Shown: positions 35,576 to 44,815 of the stretch, piece after piece
Numbering within the stretch: position 1 is the stretch's first letter
Layout of the letters: every line of letters starts with the position of its first letter
IMG/VR virus record: IMGVR_UViG_3300024349_000326
Span: 1-64,000 of that record
Strand: one strand, 5' to 3'
DNA length: 64,000 nucleotides
DNA from: a virus
Made by a program: the position numbers and the translations under genes
The notes under the pieces: generated by a model
What the model saw: only the letters and a program-made list of their open reading frames with translations
The model's database searches: none
Told to the model about the DNA's origin: nothing

Positions 35576-36524
35576 AACGTATGACGCGGATGCACTGATG
35601 CCTGAGCAGCCTGACGAGTTTCGTCCAATTCCTCTCGACCAGATCATCGAGCCGTGGGCCGTCCTGCGGGTCGTGAACCGGGAATCCATCGAGTACCTGG
35701 AACTGCGGGATTCGTTGGCGGCAGTTGGCCCGCTGAATTCCATCTGCGTGCGGCCGTCCGTGCGGCGGCCGGGCTACTACGAAGTCGTGGACGGCCTCTA
35801 TCGGTACACGGGCGCTTGCGAATTGCGGCTGCCGGCGCTGCCTTGCATCGTGAAGCACAACCTCACGGACGACGACGTGCTGGCGATTCAGATTCAGGCC
35901 AACGCCTTGCGGCCCGAAACGACAGCGGTGGAATACGCCCGGCAGATCAAGAGGATCATGGACGCCCTCACGGCTCGTCAGGGAACGGACGCCACTTTGG
36001 CTGACGTGAGCAACTTGATCCACAAGAACATTGATTGGATCAGCGATCAACTCCGGCTGCTTATTCTGCGGCCGGACATACAAAAGGCCGTGGAACGCGG
36101 CGAGATACCGCTAAAGTCGGCCTACGCGCTCGCCAAGCTGCCACGCATCCATCAGACGCAGTTAGTGGAACTGGCGAAGACGGCCCCCGCACGCGAGTTC
36201 GTCCCCGTGGCGGCGCGCCTGGTCAAGCAGATTCAGGAGGCCGCCCGTCAAGGAAAGCTGCATGATCTCGGCAAGGACTTCGAGCCGGTGCCTCACTTGC
36301 GGTCCTTGAAGGACGTATTGGCCGAGTACCGCGAGCATCAGCTTGGCGGTTTAGCGCTCACGAAGGCCGACTGTAGAACGCCGGTGGAAGGCTGGTACTT
36401 GGCGCTTCAATGGGCGTTGAATCTGGACGAGGAAAGCATCCGCCAACAACGAGAGAAAGTCCTGGCGCGAGCCCGCGCGAGTCTATTGGAACGGAGGATA
36501 GAACCATGTGACGACAACGAGTGA
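35571..36524 (+). CDS. ParB-like nuclease-domain protein
   Basis: GTG start overlapping the inverted repeat (alternative ATG at 35598); ParB N-domain-like segment IPLDQIIEP...YEVVDGLYRYTGACEL; helical C-terminal half. Confidence 0.55.
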   Translation: MSTYDADALMPEQPDEFRPIPLDQIIEPWAVLRVVNRESIEYLELRDSLAAVGPLNSICVRPSVRRPGYYEVVDGLYRYTGACELRLPALPCIVKHNLTDDDVLAIQIQANALRPETTAVEYARQIKRIMDALTARQGTDATLADVSNLIHKNIDWISDQLRLLILRPDIQKAVERGEIPLKSAYALAKLPRIHQTQLVELAKTAPAREFVPVAARLVKQIQEAARQGKLHDLGKDFEPVPHLRSLKDVLAEYREHQLGGLALTKADCRTPVEGWYLALQWALNLDEESIRQQREKVLARARASLLERRIEPCDDNE

Positions 36525-36539
36525 CCTACCTTCTCAAAG

Positions 36540-36573
36540 CCTGAACCCTGAATCCTGAAACCTGAAACCGAAC
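36540..36573 (+). repeat. CCTGAAN heptamer tandem repeat (x4-5)
   Basis: CCTGAAC CCTGAAT CCTGAAA CCTGAAA CCGAAC immediately upstream of gene 36587. Confidence 0.6.
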
Positions 36574-36586
36574 AGAGAAAACAACA

Positions 36587-37324
36587 ATGTCCGACACCGC
36601 TTTGGTTCCCATCAATCTCGACCAGCTTCCTTCGACCCAGATCGGCACCGACGACCAGTTCGCGGAATTGGCGAAGGGCGGCGACTACATCGGCCGGATG
36701 CAACTCTACACGAAGTCGAAAGCCAACATGAAGGGCCTCGTTCCGCAGGGCCACTACGGCATCCCGGAGTCCGATGAAGAGATCATCGACCTGGGGCCTT
36801 CCGTAGACTTGCTCCCGCTGGCCCGCCGGCCGAAGGCCATCGACATGACCGACATGGAGGCGCTGGTCATTTCTTACGACATGGAATCGGAGGAGTTCAA
36901 GCGGATCGCCGCCAAGTCCAGCGAGTCCGATTCCCACTGTCAGTACGGTCCCAGCTTCCTCGTCTATGAGCGCTCGACGGGCCGGTTCCTGGAGTTCTTC
37001 TGCGGCAACAAGTCGAGCCGCATCGAAGCCAAGAAGCTCTTTCCTTTCCTGCCCCTTACCCAGACGGACATCAACGCCAAGGCGGCGGCCGGCAATCCAG
37101 TCGGCGACCTGAAGCCACACGGCCCGGTCCCCGTCACCCTGAAGGTCAAGGTGGCCGAGAACCGCAAGGGCACTTGGCACGTTCCGGTCGTGGTGATGTG
37201 CTCCACGCCGTTCACCCGATTGCCCTCCGACGACGTGATCGTGCGGGAGATCAACAAGTTCCTCACGATCAAGGACAACGGCGTCGAGAAGGTCCAGGAC
37301 AGCAAGCCGGCCCGCGCTCGTTAG
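36587..37324 (+). CDS. hypothetical protein (possible ssDNA-binding/recombination function)
   Basis: 245 aa, acidic N-terminus, first large gene after ParB-like protein; no firm motif. Confidence 0.45.
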   Translation: MSDTALVPINLDQLPSTQIGTDDQFAELAKGGDYIGRMQLYTKSKANMKGLVPQGHYGIPESDEEIIDLGPSVDLLPLARRPKAIDMTDMEALVISYDMESEEFKRIAAKSSESDSHCQYGPSFLVYERSTGRFLEFFCGNKSSRIEAKKLFPFLPLTQTDINAKAAAGNPVGDLKPHGPVPVTLKVKVAENRKGTWHVPVVVMCSTPFTRLPSDDVIVREINKFLTIKDNGVEKVQDSKPARAR

Positions 37325-37520
37325 CCCATCTGCTCCCCGCCAGACTTGCCGCAAGGCCCCGGCGGGGTTTCTGACGCTGTGGTGTAAGCAGCACCCCAAC
37401 CGAAACGCAACTCTTGTCGGGGATTTGCTGTGCCGCTGTGCGACCATAGGCCCTGACTGCCACCTGTCGCCACCCGCACACGCCGTACCCATTCCATGAA
37501 CGTAAAGTCGGTCTTTGGTG

Positions 37521-37548
37521 GTCCGGGTTCAAGTCCCGGCAGCGTCTC
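37521..37548 (+). other. tRNA-like T-arm plus acceptor 3' strand (orphan; no full cloverleaf found)
   Basis: CCGGG-TTCAAGT-CCCGG fits the GTTCRANYC T-loop consensus with a 5-bp stem, followed by CAGCGTC; its exact complement GACGCTG lies 168 nt upstream at 37373-37379. Confidence 0.3.
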
Positions 37549-37654
37549 TTGTCCGCTTGGCCTCGGCCTAAGCGTGGGAAGCCGGAACCGGTGTGCCACG
37601 GTCTCAACCGGATTGTCGGTGAAGAGGATTCCAGCAAGCAGAGTTTATCGAACC

Positions 37655-38158
37655 ATGATGCCCAAGTCCTACAAACCGATACCCCTACGCAGCGCGGCGC
37701 AGGCCAAACGCTTTTGGCAGAAAGCAGATTGCACTGGTGCTGACGGGTGCTGGCGGTGGAACGGTGCAGTGTTTCGTCTTCGAGGTGAATCGCGAGGACA
37801 GGTGCGGATCAATGGCACGTTGTTCTACGCGCCGCGTGTCGCGCATTTCATTGCCAGCGGCATCGACCCCGGTGAGCATCTGGTTTGCCATACTTGCGAC
37901 AACCCGCTTTGCGTCAACCCAAGACACCTATTCCTCGGGAATCACGGTGACAACATGGCGGACATGGTGCGCAAGGGACGTGGCAGCGGGCCGAATGGGA
38001 AGGGCGAGGCGAGCAACGGCCACAAATTGACGGACGCAACGGTGCGTCTGATTAGGGCAGCGTGCGGCAGCCAGCGTGACGTTGCGGAACGCTTCGGCGT
38101 GTCACAGGCCACCGTGAGTCGTGTTGTTACTCGCGCTTCCTGGAGTCATGTCGCATGA
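37655..38158 (+). CDS. HNH homing endonuclease (HNH_3 type) with C-terminal HTH
   Basis: CWRWNG...HR...V.HTCDNPLCVNPRHLFLGNHGDN motif; C-terminal RDVAERFGVSQATVSRV helix-turn-helix. Confidence 0.8.
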   Translation: MMPKSYKPIPLRSAAQAKRFWQKADCTGADGCWRWNGAVFRLRGESRGQVRINGTLFYAPRVAHFIASGIDPGEHLVCHTCDNPLCVNPRHLFLGNHGDNMADMVRKGRGSGPNGKGEASNGHKLTDATVRLIRAACGSQRDVAERFGVSQATVSRVVTRASWSHVA

Positions 38159-38679
38159 ATCCGTCAGCTATCCTCATTTCGGCCCCATCCATCGACTTCT
38201 GCACTTTCATCGGCTTGAGTCACCATGCACTGGGCCGCTCACCGGCTGCTTCCTCGGACGCTTGCCGGCGGGAGTTGTCGGACGCCGAGCGATTCCTAAG
38301 CTGCCTAGCCGCGATGCGCGACGAGCGGGCACCCGTGGGGCTGTCGCCCCATTTGTTGAAGCACGTCTCGTTCAGTGCCTTCATCGGGGCAGACGAGCGG
38401 GACATGCTGGAAATTCTGCAATTGACGGGGATGCCGTTCATAGTGGTGGAGACGATTGTGCGGGGCGTGCAGGCGGCGGTCGTCACCGGCACTCTTTCCC
38501 AATGGCGGGATGCGGTCGTCTCGGGATGCAGCAAAGGCATCTCTACGCCCGTGCGACACTGCTTCAACAAGCTGCACGGCCTCTTCACGGCCGCCGGCCT
38601 GAACGTCTGGGGCGACTACTCGCCCCGCAGCGCCCCCGACCAGACTTTTCTGCTCTTGGAAGACAAGAGGGGCCGGTAG
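38155..38679 (+). CDS. hypothetical protein
   Basis: ATGA overlap with HNH gene; 174 aa. Confidence 0.45.
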   Translation: MNPSAILISAPSIDFCTFIGLSHHALGRSPAASSDACRRELSDAERFLSCLAAMRDERAPVGLSPHLLKHVSFSAFIGADERDMLEILQLTGMPFIVVETIVRGVQAAVVTGTLSQWRDAVVSGCSKGISTPVRHCFNKLHGLFTAAGLNVWGDYSPRSAPDQTFLLLEDKRGR

Positions 38680-38737
38680 CAGTTCCGATTCGCACCTGTT
38701 TTACGATCTATCTTCCACGCACACTGTCGCATCTTTC

Positions 38738-39973
38738 GTGGCATTCCGTACTATGCAGCCTTTCTTCGAGCAAGACGACCTGAGCCTTTATTGCGGCGAT
38801 CTCCGCGAGGTGCTGCCGACATTGCCCGAGGCGTCGGTGGACTTCGTGTGTACTGATCCGCCCTACGGCCTCAGCTTCATGGAGAAGGACTGGGACCACG
38901 AGGTTCCTGGACCTGAGTATTGGCGGGCCATCGCCCGCGTGTGTAAGCCAGGTGCCCTGCTGCTGGCGTTCGGCGGTACGCGGACCTATCACCGGCTCTG
39001 CTGCGCGATCGAGGATGCCGGATGGGAGATTCGGGACGCCTTGATGTGGCTATACGGGCAAGGAATGCCCAAATGCGGCGACATCGGCAAGCTGATCGAC
39101 AAGTCGAAAGGCGCAGAGCGCCAAGTCATTGGCGACAAGCTGGACCGTCCCGGCTACCACTTGCACGAGGGCAAAGGAAACGGGTGTTACGGTGGTGGCA
39201 GTGGACTTCACGCCCCTGGCACGGACGCCCGGCTTCGCGCTGCACAGATAACGGCTCCGGCCACTCCCGAGGCCGCGAAGTGGACCGGCTGGGCGATGGC
39301 CCTGAAGCCAGCCTGGGAACCCGTCGTGCTGGCGATGAAGCCGCTGGATGGCACGATTGCCCACAACGCCCTGACGTGGGGCGTGGCCGGCATGAACATC
39401 GACGGCTGCCGGATTGCTTGCGAGGGTGGCAGCCCCAGTCAGCAGCGCCGGCAAGGGGCCGTGCCCGTAGGCAATTACAACGGCTGGAACGTCCCGAGCC
39501 GTAACGGCTACGGCGACCAACGACCAGGTGAGACGCTTGGCCGATGGCCGGCGAATCTTGTGCTTGACGAGGATGCCGCCCGCCTTCTCGACGCCCAGAC
39601 CGGGACGCTCACCAGCGGCACTAACTGCGCCCGTACCAAGTCCGGTGACGGCTATCACGGTGGCATCGGCAAGGCGGGCGATATTCAGGTGAGCTACGGC
39701 GACTCGGGCGGGGCGAGCCGGTTCTTCTACTGTTCCAAGGCGACACGGAAGGAGCGCGGCGCAGGCAACGACCATCCTACGGTCAAGCCCCTGGCCCTCA
39801 TGGAATACCTGCTGACGTTGCTTTCGACCCCAGACGGCGGAGTGATTCTGGACCCGTTTGCCGGCAGTGGCACCACGCTCTTGGCCGCCAAGCGGCTTGG
39901 CCGCCGCTGCATCGGTGTCGAGTTGACCGAACACAACTGCGAGATCGCCCGAGGGAGATTGCATGTCGCTTGA
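38738..39973 (+). CDS. DNA methyltransferase (beta-class N6A/N4C; DPPY ... FxGxGTT order)
   Basis: TDPPYG (motif IV) near the N-terminus and DPFAGSGTT (motif I) near the C-terminus; GTG start (ATG alternative 38753); overlaps SNF2 gene by 11 nt. Confidence 0.8.
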   Translation: MAFRTMQPFFEQDDLSLYCGDLREVLPTLPEASVDFVCTDPPYGLSFMEKDWDHEVPGPEYWRAIARVCKPGALLLAFGGTRTYHRLCCAIEDAGWEIRDALMWLYGQGMPKCGDIGKLIDKSKGAERQVIGDKLDRPGYHLHEGKGNGCYGGGSGLHAPGTDARLRAAQITAPATPEAAKWTGWAMALKPAWEPVVLAMKPLDGTIAHNALTWGVAGMNIDGCRIACEGGSPSQQRRQGAVPVGNYNGWNVPSRNGYGDQRPGETLGRWPANLVLDEDAARLLDAQTGTLTSGTNCARTKSGDGYHGGIGKAGDIQVSYGDSGGASRFFYCSKATRKERGAGNDHPTVKPLALMEYLLTLLSTPDGGVILDPFAGSGTTLLAAKRLGRRCIGVELTEHNCEIARGRLHVA

Positions 39974-41999
39974 AGGCGTGAAAGTCGAAGCCCAGACATC
40001 CAGCGGCACGCGGATTCGTGTGCCGGTTTTGCTGGAGCGGAAAGACGGCCGCATCTACTTCTGGGACGGCAAGGTCGGCACGAAGACTCGCTACGGGCTG
40101 ATGGGGGAAGTCAAGGCCATGCGAGGCGCGCATTTCCACGGCTACGACGACGAGGGCGAGTACGCCAAGATCAAAGTGTGGTCCGTGGACGACTGCCATC
40201 GCAATCGTTTCCAGATCGGGTATCTCTGCGGCGAGGCTGTCTACGCCTGGTTCGACCGCCCACTTGTGCGTCACGAGTACCGGCCGCTGATGCGCGGCGG
40301 CGTGCCGCAGACCTACATGCCGCACCAGGCGGACATGGCCGACGCCGGCCTGACGTACCACTACCAGATATTCGGTGCCGAAATGGGCACCGGCAAGACC
40401 CTGGCTGCCCAGATGGTGATTGAGAAGTCGGGCGTCGATCTGGTGTGGTGGGCAGGCCCGAAGACCAGCATCCCGAACATCAAGCGCGAGTTCAAGCTGT
40501 GGGGCTTCCCTTTTGAGCGCATCCAGGTCGAGTTCTTCACCTACGAAGGGCTGGTCCGCGTGATGGACGAGTGGGGTGGCTCACAGACCTTGCCTCGGTT
40601 CTTCGTGGCTGACGAATCCAGCCGGTGCAAGAACGACACGTCGCAGCGCTCGAAAGCCTGCCAGAAGCTCGCGGACCTGATCCGAGAGAAGCACGGCCTT
40701 GACGGCTATGTGATTGAGATGTCCGGCACGCCGTCGCCGAAGACGCCGTGCGACTGGTGGAGTCAGTGCGAGATCGCCTGGCCGGGCTTCTTGAAGGAGG
40801 GCAGCCGCCGCGCGATGGAAGAGCGGCTGGCTTTCATGGTCGAGCAGCAATTTGACGCCGGCAAGTTCAAGAAGCGGATCGGCTGGAAGGACGACGAAAG
40901 GAAATGCGCCCAGTGCGGAGAGACGTTTGAGGAGGGGCCACATGAATTGGATGGCGTGACGGACCCCGACGACTACCACAAGTTCGTCCGTAGCACGAAC
41001 GAGGTCGCCTATCTCTACGAACGGCTCAAAGGACTGGTCATCGTCAAACACAAGAAGGACTGCCTGCAACTGCCCGAGAAGCGATACCGGAAGATCGTGT
41101 GTAAGCCGACTGCAAGCACCTTGCGTGTGGCCGAGGCCCTGATTCAAGCGGCCCCCAACGCCGTCACCGGCATGACCTTGCTGCGGGAATTGAGCGACGG
41201 CTTCCAGTACCGCGAGCAGCAAGACGGCATGGCGAAATGCACGCATTGCTCGGACGGCACGGTGGCGGAATGGGTGGACCCGGACGATCCCGAGGCCACG
41301 TATCAGGCCATCGACCTGCTGGACCCGGACCTGAAGGCCCGGCTCGTCAAGCAGACAGTTGCCTGTCCAGCGTGCGGCGGCAAGCGCGAAGTCCCCAGGA
41401 TGGTCCGTATCGCTCGCGAGATTCCCTGCCCGAAGGACACCGCCCTGAAGATGCTCTTGGACGAGAACGAGGAAGTCGGGCGGCTGGTGATTTTCGCCGG
41501 CTTCACCGGCTCCGTGGATCGCATTGTCAAGCTGTGCCTCAAGGAAAAGTGGGACGTGGTGCGGTGCGACCAAGGGAACTTTCAAGTCTTTCGCGCCAAG
41601 AGTGACGGCCCGGAGGGCGCGCTGGCGACGGAGGAGGAGCCACTGGATTACTGGGCGAACATGGAGGGGCACGGCAAGGTCGCCTTCGTTGCGAACCCGG
41701 AGTCGGGCGGCATGAGCCTGACTTTGGTGGAGGCCCGCATGGCGGTGTACTGGTCCAACAGTTGGAAGCCGGAATACCGGGTCCAGTCGGAGGATCGAAT
41801 CCATCGCAAAGGCATGGACGAAAACTTGGGATGCACCATCGTGGACCTGATCCACCTGCCGAGCGACAGCCGCGTGTTGGACGTGATTCGCGCCAACCGA
41901 AAGCTGGAGTTAATGACGATGGGCGAAATCCTCGAAGGCGTCGATTGGACGGATGCCGGCGCGGAGGGCGAAATGCTGGTGGAGGAAACGACATCGTGA
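39963..41999 (+). CDS. SNF2-family helicase / DNA-dependent ATPase
   Basis: GAEMGTGKTLAAQ (Walker A), FFVADESSRCKN (DExx), EMSGTPSPKTP (motif III), C-terminal helicase domain; internal Cys4 pairs KCAQCGE / CTHCSDG / CPACGG. Confidence 0.85.
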   Translation: MSLEGVKVEAQTSSGTRIRVPVLLERKDGRIYFWDGKVGTKTRYGLMGEVKAMRGAHFHGYDDEGEYAKIKVWSVDDCHRNRFQIGYLCGEAVYAWFDRPLVRHEYRPLMRGGVPQTYMPHQADMADAGLTYHYQIFGAEMGTGKTLAAQMVIEKSGVDLVWWAGPKTSIPNIKREFKLWGFPFERIQVEFFTYEGLVRVMDEWGGSQTLPRFFVADESSRCKNDTSQRSKACQKLADLIREKHGLDGYVIEMSGTPSPKTPCDWWSQCEIAWPGFLKEGSRRAMEERLAFMVEQQFDAGKFKKRIGWKDDERKCAQCGETFEEGPHELDGVTDPDDYHKFVRSTNEVAYLYERLKGLVIVKHKKDCLQLPEKRYRKIVCKPTASTLRVAEALIQAAPNAVTGMTLLRELSDGFQYREQQDGMAKCTHCSDGTVAEWVDPDDPEATYQAIDLLDPDLKARLVKQTVACPACGGKREVPRMVRIAREIPCPKDTALKMLLDENEEVGRLVIFAGFTGSVDRIVKLCLKEKWDVVRCDQGNFQVFRAKSDGPEGALATEEEPLDYWANMEGHGKVAFVANPESGGMSLTLVEARMAVYWSNSWKPEYRVQSEDRIHRKGMDENLGCTIVDLIHLPSDSRVLDVIRANRKLELMTMGEILEGVDWTDAGAEGEMLVEETTS

Positions 42000-42041
42000 A
42001 TTGACCTGCGAACACCTTTCTAACCCCGTGGAGTTGCAGCA

Positions 42042-43004
42042 ATGAAGTATGTGCTGTTGGTCCTTACCCTGGTCTCGCTGGCCGTGGCTCCGGCGCTCGC
42101 CGGTGTCCCCGATGACTTGCAGCGTGTGAGCGTCACCATCAAGGCAGGCCGCGCCCAAGGCTCCGGCACTCTCGTGACCCGACAGGTGGGCGACGATACC
42201 GTGACGTTCATCTGGACGGCCGCCCACGTCGTCGATGGCTTGCGCACCACGCGCACGGTCGTGACGCCGCAGGGCACGCCTCGCATCGTTGTCGAATACA
42301 AGGACGCCGAAATCATCCAGGAGCGGCAACAGGACGGCCGCCGGGTGGGCGAGGTCAAATACGACTGCAAGATCATTAAGGTCAGTGACGCCGACTACGG
42401 CGAAGACTTGGCGGTGCTCATGGTCCGCTGCAAAGGGGCCTATCCGCTCAATGTCTGCGCCAAGTTCCACAAAGACCCGAATTACATTCCGCCCATCGGC
42501 GTCGATTTGAGCCATTGCGGCAGCCTCTTGGGCCAGTTTGGGGCCAACAGCTACACCACGGGCGTGCTCTCCCAAGTGGGCCGCACGCTGCCGATGAAGG
42601 GTGCCAATGTCAAGGTCTTCGATCAGGTCACGACCGTCTCGTTTCCCGGCTCGTCTGGCGGCGGCATGTACCTGAAAGACAATGGCCTGTACATCGGCAT
42701 GTTGACTCAGGGCGTGATGCAATTGCAGGGCTTCAACTTCATTGTCCCGGTGCGGCGCATCCATGCCTGGGCGAAGCAGTCGAAGATCGAGTGGGCCATC
42801 GACCCCACCGTACCGATGCCCAGCTTGAAGGAGATCGACGCGATCCCCGTGGAAGACGCCGGCCAATCGCCAGGCGGGTATCCCGACCGCAATCCGGCCG
42901 CCGGCCCCGACGAGCCGCCATCCTTCAAACCACCGTTCAACCTCGACAACGCCATCAACTGGGTCGAGCGACTGTTCACCCGCGCGGGGCGTCGGTCCTC
43001 TTGA
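42042..43004 (+). CDS. secreted trypsin-like (S1) serine protease
   Basis: Signal peptide; catalytic His in TAAHVV, Asp in DLAVLMV, Ser in FPGSSGGGMY. Confidence 0.65.
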   Translation: MKYVLLVLTLVSLAVAPALAGVPDDLQRVSVTIKAGRAQGSGTLVTRQVGDDTVTFIWTAAHVVDGLRTTRTVVTPQGTPRIVVEYKDAEIIQERQQDGRRVGEVKYDCKIIKVSDADYGEDLAVLMVRCKGAYPLNVCAKFHKDPNYIPPIGVDLSHCGSLLGQFGANSYTTGVLSQVGRTLPMKGANVKVFDQVTTVSFPGSSGGGMYLKDNGLYIGMLTQGVMQLQGFNFIVPVRRIHAWAKQSKIEWAIDPTVPMPSLKEIDAIPVEDAGQSPGGYPDRNPAAGPDEPPSFKPPFNLDNAINWVERLFTRAGRRSS

Positions 43005-43064
43005 GGCTATCCCTCTGTTCTGCCCCTTGTTCTGCCTCCCGTGACCGACAGCACTTGAGCCGGG

Positions 43065-43092
43065 TGGCGATGGGCAGCGCCACCCGGCCTCT
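43065..43092 (+). terminator. hairpin after protease gene
   Basis: CCGGGTGGCG-ATGGGCAG-CGCCACCCGG 10-bp perfect stem; no T-tract. Confidence 0.4.
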
Positions 43093-43107
43093 CTGAGCCT
43101 CGACGCT

Positions 43108-43266
43108 ATGGGACGACCGAATAGTTGGAAACGCACCACGCGGGCCTGTGACGCCCCGAAGCGAAAGAAGTGGTTTAAGCAGACCACGCATCGGAGGAAC
43201 CGGCGAAAAGCCAAACAGAATCCCGAATCACAAGACAAGCGCCTGGATGCCTGGGCCTTCGATTGA
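43108..43266 (+). CDS. small highly basic ORF (52 aa)
   Basis: MGRPNSWKRTTRACDAPKRKKWFKQTTHRRNRRKAKQNPESQDKRLDAWAFD; intergenic position. Confidence 0.25.
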   Translation: MGRPNSWKRTTRACDAPKRKKWFKQTTHRRNRRKAKQNPESQDKRLDAWAFD

Positions 43267-43275
43267 GGAAACACC

Positions 43276-44589
43276 ATGAAGCTGACCAAGAAGAAGGTTG
43301 AGAAGATCAAACAGGCCATCACGGGTGGCGTCACGCAGCCGGACATCGCCAAACGGTTTAAGGTCAGTCGCTCCATCGTGTCGGACATCGCCACAGGCCG
43401 TGTCCACAAGGACGTGGAATGGCCCGGTGGGGAAGCGCCGACACCCAAGCGGGCCGGCGGTCAGCACAAGAATATCCCGGACTACGACCCGACCGACAAG
43501 CGGATTCTGGAGTTGGAGGCCGAGATCGTTCACTTGACCGAGGAGCGGAACCGCGAGCGGCAGAAGGTCAAAGCCGGGGCGAAGATCGCCGGCCTCTTCA
43601 AGGCGGTGGTCGCGGAGATGGAACAGCGCATCAAGCCGTTCGACGCCCTACCGTCCATCTATCAACCCCGCCCCAAGGCACAGATTTCGGAGCATTGCGT
43701 CCTGCATCTGTCCGATTGCCACCATGACGCGGTGGTACGGCCAGAAGAGGTTGGTGGATTGGAAGAGCACAACTTCCCAATCTCTTGCGCCCGTGCCGAG
43801 CGGCTGGTGGATACAGTGATTGACTGGAGCCAAGACACGCTTGCTCCCAAGTTCCATTTCCCGGTGCTGTGGGTCTTGGCGTATGGCGATTTCACCAGTG
43901 GCGAGATTCATGGGGCGGCGGAACGCTCTTACTATCGGAATACGTTCCGCAACTGCCTTGCTATCGGTCAGTTGCACGCCCTGATGCTGCGAGATTTCGC
44001 GCCGCACTTCGAGCGGGTCAACGTCTTGTACCTCTCCGGGAACCACGGGCGGCGGACGCCCAAGAAAGAGTTTGCCGGCGCGCACAACAACTTCGACTAT
44101 CTGGTGGCTGAGATCGCGCGGCTTCACTGTCGTGGCATTGAGAACATCAGTTTCCAGATTCCCGATGCGTGGTCGGCTAACGTCAACATTAACGGCGTCG
44201 GCTTCAACATCGCGCATGGTGACGACGTGCGAGGCAATCTGTCGATCCCGTTCTACGGGATGGTGCGACGGCAGAAAGGACTTGTGGCCCTCGGGGCGGC
44301 GGCCGGCACGCAACGCTGCCGCTACTTCGTCATGGGCCATCATCACGTCGCTTCGACGCTCTCGGACATCGACGGTGAGTTGTTGGTCAACGGGGCATGG
44401 GTGGGGACCGATGCCTATTCCTACAACTCGTTCAGTGGGTACAGGGAGCCGGCCCAATGGTTCCACGGCTGCAATCCCAAGTACGGGATTTCATGGAGGT
44501 TGAACGTCAAGTTGCGGCATGAGGCCGAGAAGAACGGCCCGAAGCGCTATTGCATCGACGGCGGCCGGGAGGTCGGGCCGTTGCGATGA
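43276..44589 (+). CDS. HTH-domain protein fused to calcineurin-like metallophosphoesterase
   Basis: N-terminal VTQPDIAKRFKVSRSIVSDIATGR HTH; phosphoesterase motifs HLSDCHH, VLAYGDFTSGE, LSGNHG, IAHGDD, GHHH. Confidence 0.7.
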   Translation: MKLTKKKVEKIKQAITGGVTQPDIAKRFKVSRSIVSDIATGRVHKDVEWPGGEAPTPKRAGGQHKNIPDYDPTDKRILELEAEIVHLTEERNRERQKVKAGAKIAGLFKAVVAEMEQRIKPFDALPSIYQPRPKAQISEHCVLHLSDCHHDAVVRPEEVGGLEEHNFPISCARAERLVDTVIDWSQDTLAPKFHFPVLWVLAYGDFTSGEIHGAAERSYYRNTFRNCLAIGQLHALMLRDFAPHFERVNVLYLSGNHGRRTPKKEFAGAHNNFDYLVAEIARLHCRGIENISFQIPDAWSANVNINGVGFNIAHGDDVRGNLSIPFYGMVRRQKGLVALGAAAGTQRCRYFVMGHHHVASTLSDIDGELLVNGAWVGTDAYSYNSFSGYREPAQWFHGCNPKYGISWRLNVKLRHEAEKNGPKRYCIDGGREVGPLR

Positions 44590-44806
44590 AGGGAATCCCA
44601 TTGACGAGGGGCAAAGAGGCCCTGGTGGACGACCAGGACTACGACTACCTGATGCAGTGGAAGTGGTCGTGTGGTAAGCGCGGCTAGCCCACCGCGGGAA
44701 GACCATGTATCTCGGCTTGTTTGACAGCAAGATCGAGGCAGCCCGAGCCTACAACGAAGCGGCCCCCAGGTACTTCGGTGAGTTTGCCGCGCTGAATCCC
44801 GTTTAG
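44586..44806 (+). pseudogene. decayed HNH-AP2 homing endonuclease (N-terminal and AP2 pieces in different frames, HNH core missing)
   Basis: Frame A: MKGIPLTRGKEALVDDQDYDYLMQWKWSCGKRG* ; frame +1: ...HRGKTMYLGLFDSKIEAARAYNEAAPRYFGEFAALNPV*. Both match the termini of the intact HNH-AP2 protein at 53649-54113. Confidence 0.55.
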
Positions 44807-44815
44807 GAGATCAAC

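Noticed and set aside
37373-37548. Attempt to fold a complete tRNA ending at the T-arm motif
   Set aside because: No 5' acceptor strand, D-arm or anticodon arm at tRNA-compatible distances (76-90 nt); only the T-arm/3' strand is convincing, so it is reported as an orphan tRNA-like element.
41910-43448. 512-aa minus-strand ORF antisense to protease/HTH-phosphoesterase genes
   Set aside because: Spans an intergenic hairpin and two plus-strand genes with clear catalytic motifs.
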